The notes beneath the pieces were generated by a model. That model saw only the letters and a list, made by a program, of their open reading frames with translations, had not been told where the DNA came from and did no database searches. A stretch of 64,000 nucleotides of DNA, taken from the IMG/VR virus record IMGVR_UViG_3300028048_000039, positions 256,001 to 320,000 of that record. One strand, given 5' to 3'. Positions 63,059 through 64,000 of this stretch are shown piece by piece (positions within the stretch are counted from its first letter, which is position 1; each line of letters opens with the position of its first letter). A program made the translations under genes and the position numbers. Source of the stretch: a virus. Taxonomy: Duplodnaviria > Caudoviricetes.

Positions 63059-64000
63059 ATGGCAGAATTAGATGACTTACTAAGGTCGCAAAAAGAAACT
63101 AATGACCTTTTAAAAGAATTAATTAAAGGTGGTGGCTATTCTAAAGATAGTGGCCGCATCTCATTTGGTGATATCTATCGTCCTAGTTCTGATTTTGATA
63201 AAAAATCATTTAAGGAAAGAAAAGAGGAAATTAGGAAATTATATGAGGAAGAAAAGGAAATTGAAGAAGCTTCACTTCGTAGACAGAGGCAAATTTTAAA
63301 GGAAAAGAGGGCCCAGAATGACGCAGATTTAAAGAGGTTAGAAAAAGAAATTGAGAGAGGGGAAAGGCGAATCAAGCAATTAGAAAAAGAAGTGGAGCTT
63401 GAAAAAGATGCTGCAAAGGCAGCAGAAAAGAAAGCTCAACTCCAAAAGGAAAGGGAAGACCAGGCCAAAAAGGAAAAGGAGTATATAGACGATGCCAGAA
63501 AAGAGGCGGAGCTTGATAGAAATATTGAAAGAACAAAGAAAAGCTTTCAAGACACACTTAAGACAATAAAAAGTAGTATAGATAGTGCCGTAAGTGGCGT
63601 AAGGTCTTTTAATGAGGCTTGGGCAAAGGCAGACCATGCTGCCGCTAGTTATGCCAGGACCATTGGTGGTACCGCAGCCGCAATGGAAAAACTCCGCAAG
63701 CAAGGCATTAATACTGTTGTACATAGTAAGATTGGCATTAAGTATGACATGTCAATTGATGAACTCCTTAAGGCACAAGAAGCATATTCCAAGGCGATAG
63801 GAAGAAACATCATGGTTGATGTTACCCAACAGGAGAGTATTGCCGCTATGTCTAAGATAATGGGCCCTGAAGGTGCAAATCAATTAGCAACAGCGTATGA
63901 AAACTTTGGTCTTAGCCTTAATGGGACAGCGAAACATGCCGGAAGGATGTTTAAGGAGGCTGCTGAGGCCGGTATTTCATTTGACAAACTTTCACAGAAT
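63059..64000 (+). CDS. tape measure protein, 5' part (runs off window)
   Basis: Open frame MAELDDLLRSQKET... with coiled-coil then Ala-rich helices (WAKADHAAASYARTIGG); follows the tail chaperone. Confidence 0.75.
   Translation, partial: MAELDDLLRSQKETNDLLKELIKGGGYSKDSGRISFGDIYRPSSDFDKKSFKERKEEIRKLYEEEKEIEEASLRRQRQILKEKRAQNDADLKRLEKEIERGERRIKQLEKEVELEKDAAKAAEKKAQLQKEREDQAKKEKEYIDDARKEAELDRNIERTKKSFQDTLKTIKSSIDSAVSGVRSFNEAWAKADHAAASYARTIGGTAAAMEKLRKQGINTVVHSKIGIKYDMSIDELLKAQEAYSKAIGRNIMVDVTQQESIAAMSKIMGPEGANQLATAYENFGLSLNGTAKHAGRMFKEAAEAGISFDKLSQN

Noticed and set aside
1-64000. TAG stop-codon reassignment as in Lak-type gut megaphages
   Set aside because: Conserved genes (terminase, portal, polymerase, sheath) are full length in code 11, and TAG sits at natural gene ends.

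Overview
This 64 kb window comes from a large T4-like (contractile-tail) jumbo phage genome read in standard code 11. A Bacteroidota host is inferred from the A/T-rich, mostly SD-less translation starts and a TTG-N19/20-TATATT promoter class. Head and tail genes are dispersed among replication and metabolic genes. Head and tail genes: scaffold 3' end, major capsid, terminase, neck, portal, baseplate spike, sheath, tube, collagen-like fibre, tail chaperone and the start of the tape measure. Other genes: a family B DNA polymerase, an SNF2 helicase with a class-3 intein, two zinc-ribbon-repeat endonucleases, a gp55-like late sigma factor, three glycosyltransferases, a methyltransferase and RfbD. 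Two promoter classes are readable by eye: a late-type CTATTTAT motif at about 20 intergenic sites, and a TTG...TATATT class before replication and metabolic genes. The most interesting unexplained signals are: (1) a modular N-terminal 'I-x-E-x2-L-R-x2-V-x-E-x-V-x3-L-x-E' leader on many unrelated late proteins, a putative capsid-cargo addressing system that includes a paralogous family with an uncharacterised Cys/RWNH domain; (2) a free-standing, late-promoted, terminator-bounded structured RNA of about 100 nt; (3) a degenerate tail-tube paralog; (4) a probable +1 frameshift before the tape measure; (5) a four-hairpin leader in front of the late sigma gene. All homology calls are from motif recognition by eye; no searches were run.
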